From the NCBI GenBank assembly GCA_039918915.1, contig JBDSGQ010000042.1, forward strand, positions 5,086 through 69,085: 64,000 nt of DNA. Direction: 5' to 3'. A program made the position numbers and the translations under genes. The stretch's first letter is position 1. Every line of letters begins with the position of its first letter. Under the pieces are notes generated by a model. That model ran no database searches, was not told the origin of the DNA, and saw nothing but the letters and a program-made list of their open reading frames with translations. This DNA comes from Sphingomicrobium sp. (lineage in GTDB: Bacteria > Pseudomonadota > Alphaproteobacteria > Sphingomonadales > Sphingomonadaceae). Shown one piece after another: positions 1 to 9,378 of the stretch.

Positions 1-1654
1 CCACGGGGTAGGGATAGGCCTCCTCTCGATCGAGGTGCGAGCCGACATAAGCCAGCGAACCGCCATAGTTCCACCGACCAGCGCTACCATCGATCGCGAC
101 CGAGCCGCTGTGCGCTGGCCGGCGCAGCTCCTCGACTTCGCGATCGGGGACATCACCGGGCTGGCTGGCCTTCAGATAGGCGTAGTTCGCGGTTAGGCGG
201 GTGCCGGGCGAAAGCAGCCAGCCAAGCTCTGCTTCAATCCCTGCCCGGCGGCTGATCCCTGACGAATTTTGGGCCGTCGAGATCGGATAGAAGACGTCCA
301 AGATCTCGTCATGCAGCCGCTGACGATAGGCGGTCAGCGCCGCGGAAATCCGCGGCCGGCGAAAACGGAGCGAGGCTTCGAAACCTCGTGAACTCTCCGG
401 GCGCAGCGCGGGATTGCCCACGAAATTGCCCGGGAAGAAGCCGTACAGGTCGAAGAAGGTTGGTTGAGCGATCCCTTCGGCATAAGCGCCCGCAATGCCA
501 AACCCGCCACCGAGTCCGGCAAGCAGCGAAGCGCGAACGGTCGTCGCGTCGGCAAAGCGGTTGAATAGGTCGCGGCGGATGGCGATGTCGCCGTGCAACA
601 GGCCGGCGTCGCCGCGCCATTCGGCAGTCAGCGCCTGATGCTCGCGGGCGCGGTTCTGGTCGCTCAGCCCGCCGTAGATAACGTCGCGCGAGCCAAAGGT
701 TTCGCGATCCGCATCGAGCGCCAGGATCAACCGTTGACTGATCGGGCCGGTGACTAATGGCCGCTCGATCTGCGCTGAAATGCCTTGTCGCGTGCCACTC
801 GTCCGATTGACGGGTTGATCGGCCAGATAATTGCGGTTCGATGATGCGAGCAACGATGCACCAATCTGGCCCGACCACGCGCTAGCGGAATTGCCGAACT
901 CGGCCCAGACCCGCCCTGCCGCAAGTCGGTTGCGGCTATTATCCAGCGTGTCGGCATGATCGTACGTGACTGGATCATAACCGTCGAACTCACTTCTGCC
1001 GCTTAATGCGACCGCGGCCACGGCGAGCCGAACTGCACCGACCCGCAGGGTGCCGCGCAGCCGCCCGGAGAGGTTCGAATAGCCGTCCTTGTCGCCCTGA
1101 CCGCTAAAGCTGTCGATGCCGGTCGCCCGCTGCCATCCCACGCCTGCGGCCAAGTTTGCTGTGCGGGAGGCCATGCCGGCGGAAACCGCCAGACGTGCCA
1201 ATCCAAAAGATCCAGCTTCGGCCGAAAAGGCGTTGATCGGGGGGTTATCGATGCCATTGACCGCCACCACCCCGCCAATGGCCTCCGAGCCCCACAGCGC
1301 CGACTGTGGCCCCCGAACGACTTCGATTCGGGACGCAATATCGGCGTTCAGCAACTCGAAGCGGGGAATGTCGCCCGACGCTGGATCATTGATCCTGATG
1401 CCGTCGATGAAAAACAGCGTGTGATTGTTTTCGGCGCCCCGGATGCGGGCCTCGGTCAGGCTTCCCGCCGGACCCTGAGTGGTAATCGCGATCGATGGCG
1501 TCAGGCGGAGCAGGGCAGGCACCAGCGGCTCGCCGAGCCTCGCGATACGTTCTGCGTCGATGACGCTGACGCTTGCAGGACTCTGCGCTTGCGGCTCCGG
1601 CACACGCGATGCGGTGATGATTATCTGGTCGGTGGGGAAGGGTAGGACGGGCAT
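1..1654 (-). CDS. btuB: TonB-dependent cobalamin (vitamin B12) outer-membrane receptor, partial; the C-terminal part lies beyond the left window edge
   Basis: Absent from the ORF track because the frame runs open off the window edge. My minus-strand translation from ATG 1654 reads MPVLPFPTDQIIITASRVPEPQAQSPASVSVIDAERIARLGEPLVPALLRLTPSIAITTQGPAGSLTEARIRGAENNHTLFFIDGIRINDPASG...RIEVVRGPQSALWGSEAIGGVVAV. This is a BtuB-like TonB-box/plug pattern. The same frame at the edge reads ...LAYVGSHLDREEAYPYPV. A cobalamin riboswitch lies directly upstream. Confidence 0.8.
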   Translation of the reverse strand, partial: MPVLPFPTDQIIITASRVPEPQAQSPASVSVIDAERIARLGEPLVPALLRLTPSIAITTQGPAGSLTEARIRGAENNHTLFFIDGIRINDPASGDIPRFELLNADIASRIEVVRGPQSALWGSEAIGGVVAVNGIDNPPINAFSAEAGSFGLARLAVSAGMASRTANLAAGVGWQRATGIDSFSGQGDKDGYSNLSGRLRGTLRVGAVRLAVAAVALSGRSEFDGYDPVTYDHADTLDNSRNRLAAGRVWAEFGNSASAWSGQIGASLLASSNRNYLADQPVNRTSGTRQGISAQIERPLVTGPISQRLILALDADRETFGSRDVIYGGLSDQNRAREHQALTAEWRGDAGLLHGDIAIRRDLFNRFADATTVRASLLAGLGGGFGIAGAYAEGIAQPTFFDLYGFFPGNFVGNPALRPESSRGFEASLRFRRPRISAALTAYRQRLHDEILDVFYPISTAQNSSGISRRAGIEAELGWLLSPGTRLTANYAYLKASQPGDVPDREVEELRRPAHSGSVAIDGSAGRWNYGGSLAYVGSHLDREEAYPYPV

Positions 1655-1895
1655 GACGGTTCTCCGTTGACGATCAAGTCGTCACGGAGGGCCGCTGCCG
1701 AAATGACGGCAACCCACGTCCAACGGCTGGTCCCGGCCGGAGAAGCAGACGACGAACCGGGGCAGGTTCCTGACTTCGCCGGTCGGTCCGGCATTTACAG
1801 TTGCGGGCACAGCGCCGGAATTACGCCGGCTTCCCTTTTCACCACCCCCCCGAGCCGAGGCCCGTGGGTGGCACCCTGGTCGATGAGGACGCTAA
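1655..1895 (-). promoter_or_regulatory. Cobalamin (B12) riboswitch plus expression platform in the btuB leader
   Basis: Minus-strand RNA contains GGUGCCACCC...GGUGAAAAGGGAAGCCGGCGUAAUUCCGGCGCUGUGCCCGCAACUGUAAAUGCCGG...GAAGUCAGGAACCUGCC. These are the conserved AAxAGGGAA / GCCCGCAACUGU core and the B12 box AGUCAGGAACCUGCC. Downstream, the hairpin CUCCGUGACGA-CUUGA-UCGUCAACGGAG pairs the SD (GGAG, about 10 nt before the AUG) with CUCC. Boundaries are approximate. Confidence 0.85.
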
Positions 1896-1940
1896 AGGAG
1901 GTCCAAGCGGGGTGTCAAATTGTCATCGCTCACGCTATCG

Positions 1941-2477
1941 ATGCCCGCGATGAATAGCCGCCTCCTTGTCCTCGTCGCCGCAATCGTGGCTGCTGCAGCG
2001 CTGCGCCTGGTGCCGCATCCGCCCAATTTCACCCCGGTGGGCGCAATGGCGCTATTCAGTGCTGCAACGCTGGGGCGCCGTCCGCTGGCGTTCGTTGCGC
2101 CGTTTGCCGCCATGCTCCTCAGTGACGCAGTGCTCGGCTTCCATGCCAGCATGCCGTTCGTCTACCTCGGCCTGGCGCTGACGGTGGTGGTCGGCTGGCT
2201 TGCGCTTCAGCGCCGCTCGGCAATCCGGGTCGGCCTTGCCGCTTTGGCGAGCTCGGTTTTGTTCTTCCTGATTACCAATTTTGGCGTGTGGGCGATCGGC
2301 GGAATGTATCCGCAGACGCTTGGCGGGCTTGCCGCCTGCTACGTCGCCGGGATTCCGTTCTTCCAGAACAGCGTCGCCGGCGACCTGTTCTATGCGGCCG
2401 TGATGTTCGGCGGCCTGGCATTGCTTGAGCGAGCGGTTCCGGCACTGCGCGCAGAGGCCGCGCCGCAACCCGCTTAA
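1941..2477 (+). CDS. Multi-pass membrane protein resembling the DUF6580 putative-transporter family
   Basis: ORF-track 1920..2477. It is hydrophobic throughout and carries the motif [14 protein letters not shown] that I associate with DUF6580. The start could be ATG 1941, ATG 1950 or TTG 1920. Confidence 0.7.
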   Translation: MPAMNSRLLVLVAAIVAAAALRLVPHPPNFTPVGAMALFSAATLGRRPLAFVAPFAAMLLSDAVLGFHASMPFVYLGLALTVVVGWLALQRRSAIRVGLAALASSVLFFLITNFGVWAIGGMYPQTLGGLAACYVAGIPFFQNSVAGDLFYAAVMFGGLALLERAVPALRAEAAPQPA

Positions 2478-2566
2478 GTTGCAAGTTTTGCCCTGAACTT
2501 CTACAGGCGCCGCTTAGCCCTTGGCTGCTGGTCGGAAACCAGCGGCTAACCCAAGGAAAAAACACG

Positions 2567-2797
2567 ATGAAGTCCGGTATCCACCCCGATTATCACCTGA
2601 TCAACGTCGAAATGACCGACGGCACGCAGTTCCAGCTCCGCTCGACCTGGGGCAAGGAAGGCGACACGCTGCACCTCGATATCGATCCCAAAGTTCACCC
2701 GGCGTGGACCGGCGGCAACCAGAAGTTGCTCGATACCGGTGGACAGGTCGCGCGCTTCAACAAGCGCTTTGGCGGGCTGTCGCTCAGCAAGAAGTAA
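2567..2797 (+). CDS. rpmE: 50S ribosomal protein L31
   Basis: [50 protein letters not shown] is a canonical L31 sequence. SD AAGGA lies upstream. Confidence 0.95.
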   Translation: MKSGIHPDYHLINVEMTDGTQFQLRSTWGKEGDTLHLDIDPKVHPAWTGGNQKLLDTGGQVARFNKRFGGLSLSKK

Positions 2798-2831
2798 TGC
2801 CAGGTGCATCCCGGACTACCGGGATGATGCA

Positions 2832-3368
2832 ATGACCCTCCGTGAAGCACCGCGTATTGAAACCGAGCGCCTGATCCTGCGATCGTGGCGCAAGGCCGAC
2901 TTTCGCCCGTGGCTGGCGATCATGCGCGAACCCGAAGTGCACCATCATTTCGGCCCGCATCCAATTTCCACGGAAGATTGCTGGCGACGCCTGATGGCGG
3001 CGGTCGGTTGCTGGGCGCTCAACGGCTTTGGCACTTGGGCGGTCGATCGGAAGAGCGACGAGAAACTGATCGGTAACGTCGGTTTCTTCACCGCCTGGCG
3101 CGATCTCGAGCCGGAGTTTGGCGAGGAAGCCGAAATGGGCTGGATCATGGCCTCCGAAACCCATGGCCAAGGCCTGGCTTCGGAAGCGTGCGTGGCGGCG
3201 CTGAACTGGGCCGAAGCCAATTTGCAGCCTCAGCGGATGTGGGCGATCATCGCGCCTGCCAACGCGCCTTCGTTGAAGCTGGCGGAGCGGCTGGGCTTCG
3301 AGACAGTGGTTGAAACGCCTTACAATGGCGATCCGACGGTCGTCCTCGGCCGGCCGGCCTGGGGCTGA
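2832..3368 (+). CDS. GNAT family N-acetyltransferase (RimJ/RimL-like)
   Basis: ETERLILRSWRKADFRPW...IGNVGF...GWIMASETHGQGLASEA is a typical GNAT pattern. The start was moved to ATG 2832 because the upstream part of ORF 2739..3368 overlaps rpmE. Confidence 0.8.
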   Translation: MTLREAPRIETERLILRSWRKADFRPWLAIMREPEVHHHFGPHPISTEDCWRRLMAAVGCWALNGFGTWAVDRKSDEKLIGNVGFFTAWRDLEPEFGEEAEMGWIMASETHGQGLASEACVAALNWAEANLQPQRMWAIIAPANAPSLKLAERLGFETVVETPYNGDPTVVLGRPAWG

Positions 3369-5264
3369 TTACCAGCCCCCGCCGCCGCCGCCACCGCCGC
3401 CACCTGACGATCCCCCGCCGCCCGATCCACTCGAAGAGCCAGGGGCGGTCGAGGCCGAGCTGATCGAGCTTGCGAGCGATGACCCGATGTTGTCGGCGAA
3501 GCTGCCCGGGTCGGTCCACGGGCTGCTCGACCCCGCGTACCAGGCGAAGCCCTGTCGCCCCTGTTCAGCGGCGGCGGCGAGGATCGCTGCAAAGCGCTCC
3601 GCCCAGTGGTTCTCGACACCCAGCGCGATGGCATAGGGAAGGTACTTTTCGAACAGCTCGGGCGTGTCCTTCGGCGGAGTCATGCGGTCGAGCCGTTCGC
3701 CTTCGGCGATCGACAGATATTGTTTGAAGCCGGCAATATGATCGAGCACGGTGCGGCCCTCGGGCGTGGGCGCGGAAATCCACCAGAAAGCTGACAGGAC
3801 CAGCGGCAGGGTCAGGGCCGGCAGAAGGAGCGGAAGCCACCAGCCACTCGCCAGTGCGGCGCCGATGATCGGCATACCCACCACAAATGCAACCGCCACG
3901 GCGCCGAAAGCGACCAGCGTCAGCAAGCATTTGCCGACCGCAGAATCGTGGAAAGCCAGCCACAGGAGCGCGGCGGCGGCAAGCGCGCCCAGCACGACCC
4001 CGATCTGCCATACCGATGCGCCATTGGTGGCGGCGACGACGCCGGCGGCGGCGATCCACAAGGCCGCGGCGAACATCAGCAGGCCGGCAACCGCCCAGCC
4101 ATAGTTGAGCCTGAACAGTCTGCCTTCAAACTTCGTCTTAAGGTTGGCGCCTAGAGCGCTACCAGCGGCGGAAAATTTTGCATGGTTGGCCTGTTTCATG
4201 GCGATCACTTCGCCGACCGAGCAGAGTTGGTCGAGTGCGGCCTGCTCGTCGTCGGGGAGCGGTTGTGAGCCCGGCAGCCGTTCAAGCGTGCGCGTGTCGC
4301 GTGATAGCCAGCCACCGTCCTGTTCGGCGAGCTTGACGTGGCCGCGCACCCCCATGTCGACCAATGCCGCGGCGAAGGCCCGATTATCCGACTTCATTTT
4401 GGTGACGTAGCGCATTCCGGCGGGCGTCAGATCGTCGGGCGGCGAAAAGATCGGGACGACCGTGCCGGCGCGGGGATCGCGGCCAGCGCGCTGCCAGGCG
4501 ATGAAATAGAAATAGAGCAGGCCGAGCAGGCCGAACGCGCCAAGCGCAGGCGGCCCGTAATCGGCCAGCCAAAAGGCCGTGCGCGCACTTGCTCCGGGCT
4601 CCGCGACGACGTCCTTGGGAAACGCCACTGCTACGGTCAGCCCTTCGTACGCACCAAGCGGCCGAGTGGTGCGAAAACTGATCTCTCCCGGCTTTTCGTC
4701 CAGCACTTCGCCATTGGCAGCGGTCGAACCCTGGGCACCGGTGTAAACGGCCCGTGTGCCGAGCTTTACGGCGCCGGGCAGGTGGATCCGCGCGATTGCC
4801 TGGTCGATCGGAAACATCCAGCCATTGCCGGTCGCGTTCCAGTAGAGCTCGTCATAGCCGTTGAACCGGCCAATTTGCCGGGTGGTGCGATAATGCAGGA
4901 CATAAGCATGCTCGCCGGGGTCGATCAGCTTCGCGGCGTCACCGATTTTGACCCTGACCCCGTTCGCGAAGGGTTCGACCGACGCTTCGACCGGCAGGCC
5001 GTCCATGGTCGCGTTTTCAAAGGTGAATCCGACGCGAATCTGGTTTCCGTTGTGCCCGCGATACCGCGTCGGGAAATCCCGGAAAATGCCGTGGTTGATA
5101 TTTTCATTTTCGGCCCGGACCACGATCGTTTCGGTGACTTCGAGCGCGGAATCCTTTTGCACTTGGACGTCGGACAAAAACCGCAGGATGCGTTCGTCCG
5201 CCTGCGCTGCCGCAGGCGCGAGGAACAGCAGCAGTGCGGGGAGGGCGCGCCAGGCGCTCGGCAC
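3369..5264 (-). CDS. DUF2207 domain-containing membrane protein
   Basis: Signal peptide MPSAWRALPALLLFLAPAAAQA, then the N-terminal DUF2207-like region (ILRFLSDVQVQKDSALEVTETI...INHGIFRDFPTRY). Several TM helices follow, then a Gly/Ser-rich tail ...SSGSGGGGSSGGGGGGGGGGW. GTG start sits 2 nt after the lemA stop. Confidence 0.85.
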   Translation of the reverse strand: MPSAWRALPALLLFLAPAAAQADERILRFLSDVQVQKDSALEVTETIVVRAENENINHGIFRDFPTRYRGHNGNQIRVGFTFENATMDGLPVEASVEPFANGVRVKIGDAAKLIDPGEHAYVLHYRTTRQIGRFNGYDELYWNATGNGWMFPIDQAIARIHLPGAVKLGTRAVYTGAQGSTAANGEVLDEKPGEISFRTTRPLGAYEGLTVAVAFPKDVVAEPGASARTAFWLADYGPPALGAFGLLGLLYFYFIAWQRAGRDPRAGTVVPIFSPPDDLTPAGMRYVTKMKSDNRAFAAALVDMGVRGHVKLAEQDGGWLSRDTRTLERLPGSQPLPDDEQAALDQLCSVGEVIAMKQANHAKFSAAGSALGANLKTKFEGRLFRLNYGWAVAGLLMFAAALWIAAAGVVAATNGASVWQIGVVLGALAAAALLWLAFHDSAVGKCLLTLVAFGAVAVAFVVGMPIIGAALASGWWLPLLLPALTLPLVLSAFWWISAPTPEGRTVLDHIAGFKQYLSIAEGERLDRMTPPKDTPELFEKYLPYAIALGVENHWAERFAAILAAAAEQGRQGFAWYAGSSSPWTDPGSFADNIGSSLASSISSASTAPGSSSGSGGGGSSGGGGGGGGGGW

Positions 5265-5266
5265 GA

Positions 5267-5839
5267 TCAGGCCGCCGGTTTGGGGAACGCCACTTTCGGT
5301 GCCGATTGGATGGCGGGGTCGTCGTCCTGGTAAAACGGCTCCTCCGTGAAGCCGAGCGGGCGCGCAATCAGGACTGGCGGGAAGCTCTGCACGGTCGAGT
5401 TGAGATCGCGGACGGTCGCATTGTAGTAGCGGCGCGCGCTCTGCAGTTCGCCTTCGATGGAGGACAGCTGGTCCTGCAGTTGAAGGAAGTTGGTGTTGGC
5501 CTTGAGGTCGGGATAGGCCTCGGCCACGGCGAACAGGCGACCGAGCAAGCCGGTCATTTGCGCGTCGGCCTGGGCGGTCGCCTCCACGCCTCCGGCGCTG
5601 ACGGTCGCGGCGCGGGCGCGGGTGACTTGCTCGAACACTTCGCGCTCATGGGTGGCATAGCCCTGCACGGCCTCCACGAGATTGGGGATGAGGTCGGCGC
5701 GCCGGCGCAACTGCACCGTAATGCCGCTGAACGCCTCCTTCACCAATGCGCGCAGGCGCACCAGCCGATTATAGGTTGCAACCAGGTACAATAGGACCAG
5801 GGCGACGACGCCCAGGATAATCCAGCCAATCATGGTCAT
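5267..5839 (-). CDS. lemA: LemA family protein
   Basis: N-terminal TM helix followed by YNRLVRLRALVKEAFSGITVQLRRRADLIPNLVEAVQGYATHEREVFEQVTRAR, the LemA signature. Confidence 0.9.
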   Translation of the reverse strand: MTMIGWIILGVVALVLLYLVATYNRLVRLRALVKEAFSGITVQLRRRADLIPNLVEAVQGYATHEREVFEQVTRARAATVSAGGVEATAQADAQMTGLLGRLFAVAEAYPDLKANTNFLQLQDQLSSIEGELQSARRYYNATVRDLNSTVQSFPPVLIARPLGFTEEPFYQDDDPAIQSAPKVAFPKPAA

Positions 5840-5891
5840 GCGAACGCCCCCGTTGTTCTGCCGCCAACATAGGAGCTTACGCCAGGCGCCG

Positions 5892-7082
5892 CTAGAAGGC
5901 CGCCAGCCCGGTGATCGCCCGGCCCATGATCAAGGCATGGACGTCATGGGTGCCTTCGTAGGTGTTGACCGTTTCGAGATTGGCGGCGTGGCGCATGACG
6001 TGGAATTCCGCGGAAATCCCGTTTCCGCCGTGCATGTCGCGCGCGGTCCGGGCAATCGCCAGTGCCTTGCCGCAATTGTTGCGCTTGATCAGGCTGATCG
6101 TCTCCGGGACCAGCTCGCCCTGTTCGAGGCGCCGGCCGACGCGCAGCGAAGCCTGTAGCCCAAGCGAGATTTCGGTCGCCATGTCGGCAAGCTTGAGCTG
6201 GACCAGTTGGGTGGCGGCGAGGGGCCGGCCAAACTGCTTGCGGTCAAGCGTGTACTGGCGGGCCGCTGCGAAACAGGCTTCGGCTGCGCCCATCGATCCC
6301 CAGCTAATGCCGTAGCGAGCGCGGTTGAGGCAACCGAACGGCCCCTTGAGTCCTTCGACATTGGGAAGCAGCGCGTCTTCGCCGACTTCGACGCCCTCCA
6401 TCACGATCTCACCAGTGATCGAGGCGCGCAGACTGAGCTTGTCGCCGATCTTCGGCGCCGACAGTCCGGCCATCCCCTTTTCAAGCACAAAGCCGCGGAT
6501 CTTGCCGTCATGGGCGTCGGATTTGGCCCACACCACGAACACGTCGGCGATAGGCGAATTGGTAATCCACATCTTCGACCCGCTGAGGCGGTAGCCGTCG
6601 GCGGTTTTCTCGGCGCGGGTCCGCATGCTTCCGGGATCCGACCCGGCATCGGGCTCGGTCAGCCCGAAGCAGCCGATCCATTCGCCGGTGGCAAGCTTGG
6701 GCAGATACTTGTGGCGCTGTTCGTCCGAACCGTAGGCCAGGATCGGATACATCACGAGGCTGGACTGGACCGACATGGCCGAGCGGTAGCCGCTATCGAC
6801 CCGCTCGACTGCCCGGGCGATCAGGCCATAGCTGACATAGCCGAGGCCGGCACCGCCAAAATCGTTGGGAACGGTGGCGCCAAGCAAGCCAAGCTCGCCC
6901 ATTTCGCTCATGATTTCGCGGTCGAACCGCTCATCCATATAGGCGGAAGTTACCCGTGGGAGCAGCTTGTCCCGAGCATAAGCTTCGGCGGTGTCGCGAA
7001 CCAGCCGCTCTTCGTCGGTCAGCTGATGATCGAGGTCGAACGGGTCGGCCCAGTTGAACGATTTGATGGTCGGCTCGGCCAA
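5892..7082 (-). CDS. gcdH: Acyl-CoA dehydrogenase, glutaryl-CoA dehydrogenase-like
   Basis: 396 aa. [34 protein letters not shown] plus ...[14 protein letters not shown]...[16 protein letters not shown] fits the ACAD fold with a GcdH-type N-terminus. Confidence 0.8.
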   Translation of the reverse strand: MAEPTIKSFNWADPFDLDHQLTDEERLVRDTAEAYARDKLLPRVTSAYMDERFDREIMSEMGELGLLGATVPNDFGGAGLGYVSYGLIARAVERVDSGYRSAMSVQSSLVMYPILAYGSDEQRHKYLPKLATGEWIGCFGLTEPDAGSDPGSMRTRAEKTADGYRLSGSKMWITNSPIADVFVVWAKSDAHDGKIRGFVLEKGMAGLSAPKIGDKLSLRASITGEIVMEGVEVGEDALLPNVEGLKGPFGCLNRARYGISWGSMGAAEACFAAARQYTLDRKQFGRPLAATQLVQLKLADMATEISLGLQASLRVGRRLEQGELVPETISLIKRNNCGKALAIARTARDMHGGNGISAEFHVMRHAANLETVNTYEGTHDVHALIMGRAITGLAAF

Positions 7083-7085
7083 GAG

Positions 7086-7123
7086 AAGCAGCCCCCGCTT
7101 ATGTGGATAATCGGGGGCTGCTT
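7086..7123 (-). terminator. Hairpin downstream of the TonB-dependent receptor gene (12-bp perfect stem)
   Basis: AAGCAGCCCCCG-N14-CGGGGGCTGCTT. On the minus strand it is followed by CTCTT, so only a weak U tract. Confidence 0.45.
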
Positions 7124-7161
7124 TAGCTGGCGTCGGGAGACGGCACCAGCCCTGGGGACAG

Positions 7162-9279
7162 CTAGAAGGTGCCCTTTACCTTCAAGGAGAAAATCGGACC
7201 GATCAGCTGGTCGTTATGTTGGTAGAAAGCGACCGGACTGTTGTCGCGCCAGTCTTCGTAGACCGTGCGATCACGGTAATGGCGGGCATTGAAGATGTTG
7301 CTGACCGACGCCTGCACTGTCATTCCGAGGACGTTCTTGTGCTCGACAAAGACATCGACAAACCACGGTCCCTCTTGAGAGCGAGATACCTCGGTCAGGT
7401 AGTAATTATAGGTGCGACGCCCGTAACTTGCATCGGCGCCCCAAGCGATGTCGCTGTGGGGTATGTCGTGGCGCAGCCCGAGGTTGACCCAAATATCCTG
7501 CACGCCGCTGATCGGCCGATAGAGCTCCGTCAGCGGGTCTTTAACGCGAGTGCTCTCGAACCCAAAGTTGGCGTCGAGCTTGGCACCTATCCAGCCGATC
7601 GGGTCGAAGTTGATAGTGCTGGTACTTTCGAGTCCCCAGCGGGTCGCTCGGGGCAGGTTGCCCACGCCTTCGGTGTGATCCTTGAGCGGGATGAAATCGA
7701 CGATGTCTTCGACGAGGTAATAGTGGCTGTTCAGGCGCGTCTTGCCCCAACGACCGAGCTCATGCGCGATTTCGGCCTCGAATTCCCAGCTTTGAGGCGG
7801 GACAAGGTCGGGGTTGCCGGCGTTCTCGCGATCGTCGTTGAGCTTGGGCTGGGACAGGAAGTCGTAAAAGCTGATCTGTCCAACCCGCCGCCGCGCCTTC
7901 AGGCTGACGTCCCAACCCTTGGCGGGGCGCCAGCCAAGGATGATGCTGCCCTTGGGCCGCACGAAGCGTCGCGCTTCCTGGTCGTCGTCGACCCGATCGA
8001 GCCAGGAGATTTCGCCTCCCGCTGCAACCTGGAGATCCAGGTTTGAGGAGAGCGGTCGGCTGAGCGTCGCAATGCTTTCATACCGTACTTCGGTTACCGA
8101 GCCCGATCCTCCGGGGAAGTCGATCGGCACGAACTCGCCGTTCGGTTGAAGTACTGACAGCCCGCCGAGCTGGTTGAGCGAATTATATGCCCGCTCGAAC
8201 GTGACCTGCCAGTCGTTCTTGCCCGTTTTCCAGCCATATTCGGCGCGGCCGATAGTCTCACCGATATGCGAGTTGCGGGTGTAAAGGATGCCGTCGTCGG
8301 GAGACCCGTCGGTGTAGCTGTTGATCTGGGTCTCGATCACCGGCTCATGGTCGAGATGGCGAAGCCCGATCAGCTTCAGCCGACCAGGGCCGAGCTTGAA
8401 TTCATAGTCGGCGTTGACGTCGTAAAAGAAGCCGTCAAGCTTTTGGATATCGCTGCGATGCCACTGATCACCGCCCACCGGGAAGCGGTCTTCGAGCGTT
8501 GTGGAAGGGTTCCAATAGGGCGTGTAGCCGAGCGTCAAATTGCCGATCGACTCATGCGCGCCCTTGTAGTGGAGCTTGGTCTGAAAGGTGACCAGGTCGG
8601 ATTCGCTGTGATTAATCTGCTCGCGGCGTTCGGTCAGATTATGGTCGCGGTCGTAAATGTAGATCGGACCGCCAATCGCGCCGCGACCGGTGTCGTCCTT
8701 GACCGAGAAAGTATAGTCGAGGGGTCCGGTGCTATCAGTCCAGCTGACGTTGCCCTGAAACAGTCGCGGCTTGGCATAGTGAGCGCGAAAATCGGGGTTC
8801 CATTCGAACTGTCCGCTGCCCTTTTTTTGCGATCTGAGGATGACGTTTGCCACCTGTCCCGACAGCCCCGCGATACCGAGGCTGGAGGCATCGACAATTT
8901 CGATTCGCTCGATGCTGGAGGCCGCGGTGCGCTGCAGCTCGCCTACGGCGCCGCCCGACTTGTTCGCGATCCGCTCGCCGTTGATGATGACGTTTTCGGT
9001 CGCCTGACCGAGCCCGCGGTCAAGCTCTCCCATCGATAGCGACTTAATGGTGAAACCTGGCACCTGCACCAGCATGTCGTAGCCGGTCCGAGGCGCGAAG
9101 CGCGCAAAGTCGGCGGGGACGAACACCCGCTTGTTGCCGACGGGCTTTTCAATGGGCGGCGGCACCAGCGCCGGGTCCGCGGTTGGCGGGATGGGTGCCG
9201 TCTGCGCCACAGCGGGGGCGGCAGGGATCAGTGCGGCGCCGGCAAGCAGCAGGCAGCGACGGTGATGACGCGAAAACAT
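7162..9279 (-). CDS. TonB-dependent receptor, substrate unknown
   Basis: 705 aa. Signal peptide [26 protein letters not shown], plug-like region (NVIINGERI...IERIEIV), beta-barrel-like body and terminal ...FSLKVKGTF. Confidence 0.85.
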   Translation of the reverse strand: MFSRHHRRCLLLAGAALIPAAPAVAQTAPIPPTADPALVPPPIEKPVGNKRVFVPADFARFAPRTGYDMLVQVPGFTIKSLSMGELDRGLGQATENVIINGERIANKSGGAVGELQRTAASSIERIEIVDASSLGIAGLSGQVANVILRSQKKGSGQFEWNPDFRAHYAKPRLFQGNVSWTDSTGPLDYTFSVKDDTGRGAIGGPIYIYDRDHNLTERREQINHSESDLVTFQTKLHYKGAHESIGNLTLGYTPYWNPSTTLEDRFPVGGDQWHRSDIQKLDGFFYDVNADYEFKLGPGRLKLIGLRHLDHEPVIETQINSYTDGSPDDGILYTRNSHIGETIGRAEYGWKTGKNDWQVTFERAYNSLNQLGGLSVLQPNGEFVPIDFPGGSGSVTEVRYESIATLSRPLSSNLDLQVAAGGEISWLDRVDDDQEARRFVRPKGSIILGWRPAKGWDVSLKARRRVGQISFYDFLSQPKLNDDRENAGNPDLVPPQSWEFEAEIAHELGRWGKTRLNSHYYLVEDIVDFIPLKDHTEGVGNLPRATRWGLESTSTINFDPIGWIGAKLDANFGFESTRVKDPLTELYRPISGVQDIWVNLGLRHDIPHSDIAWGADASYGRRTYNYYLTEVSRSQEGPWFVDVFVEHKNVLGMTVQASVSNIFNARHYRDRTVYEDWRDNSPVAFYQHNDQLIGPIFSLKVKGTF

Positions 9280-9378
9280 AGCTTTTAGTCCCCTGATGCC
9301 GCGGTTCCGCAGCGATTATTGTTGCGCGAGTTGAAAGGTCGCGCTGCGTGCATTCGACAATTGCCGGGTCGAACTCGA

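Noticed and set aside
3310-3636. Plus-strand ORF encoding a poly-proline run (PPPPPPPPPP)
   Set aside because: It is the reverse-complement reading of the Gly-rich C-terminal tail of the DUF2207 protein, so it is an artefact of the low-complexity GGC/GCC tract.
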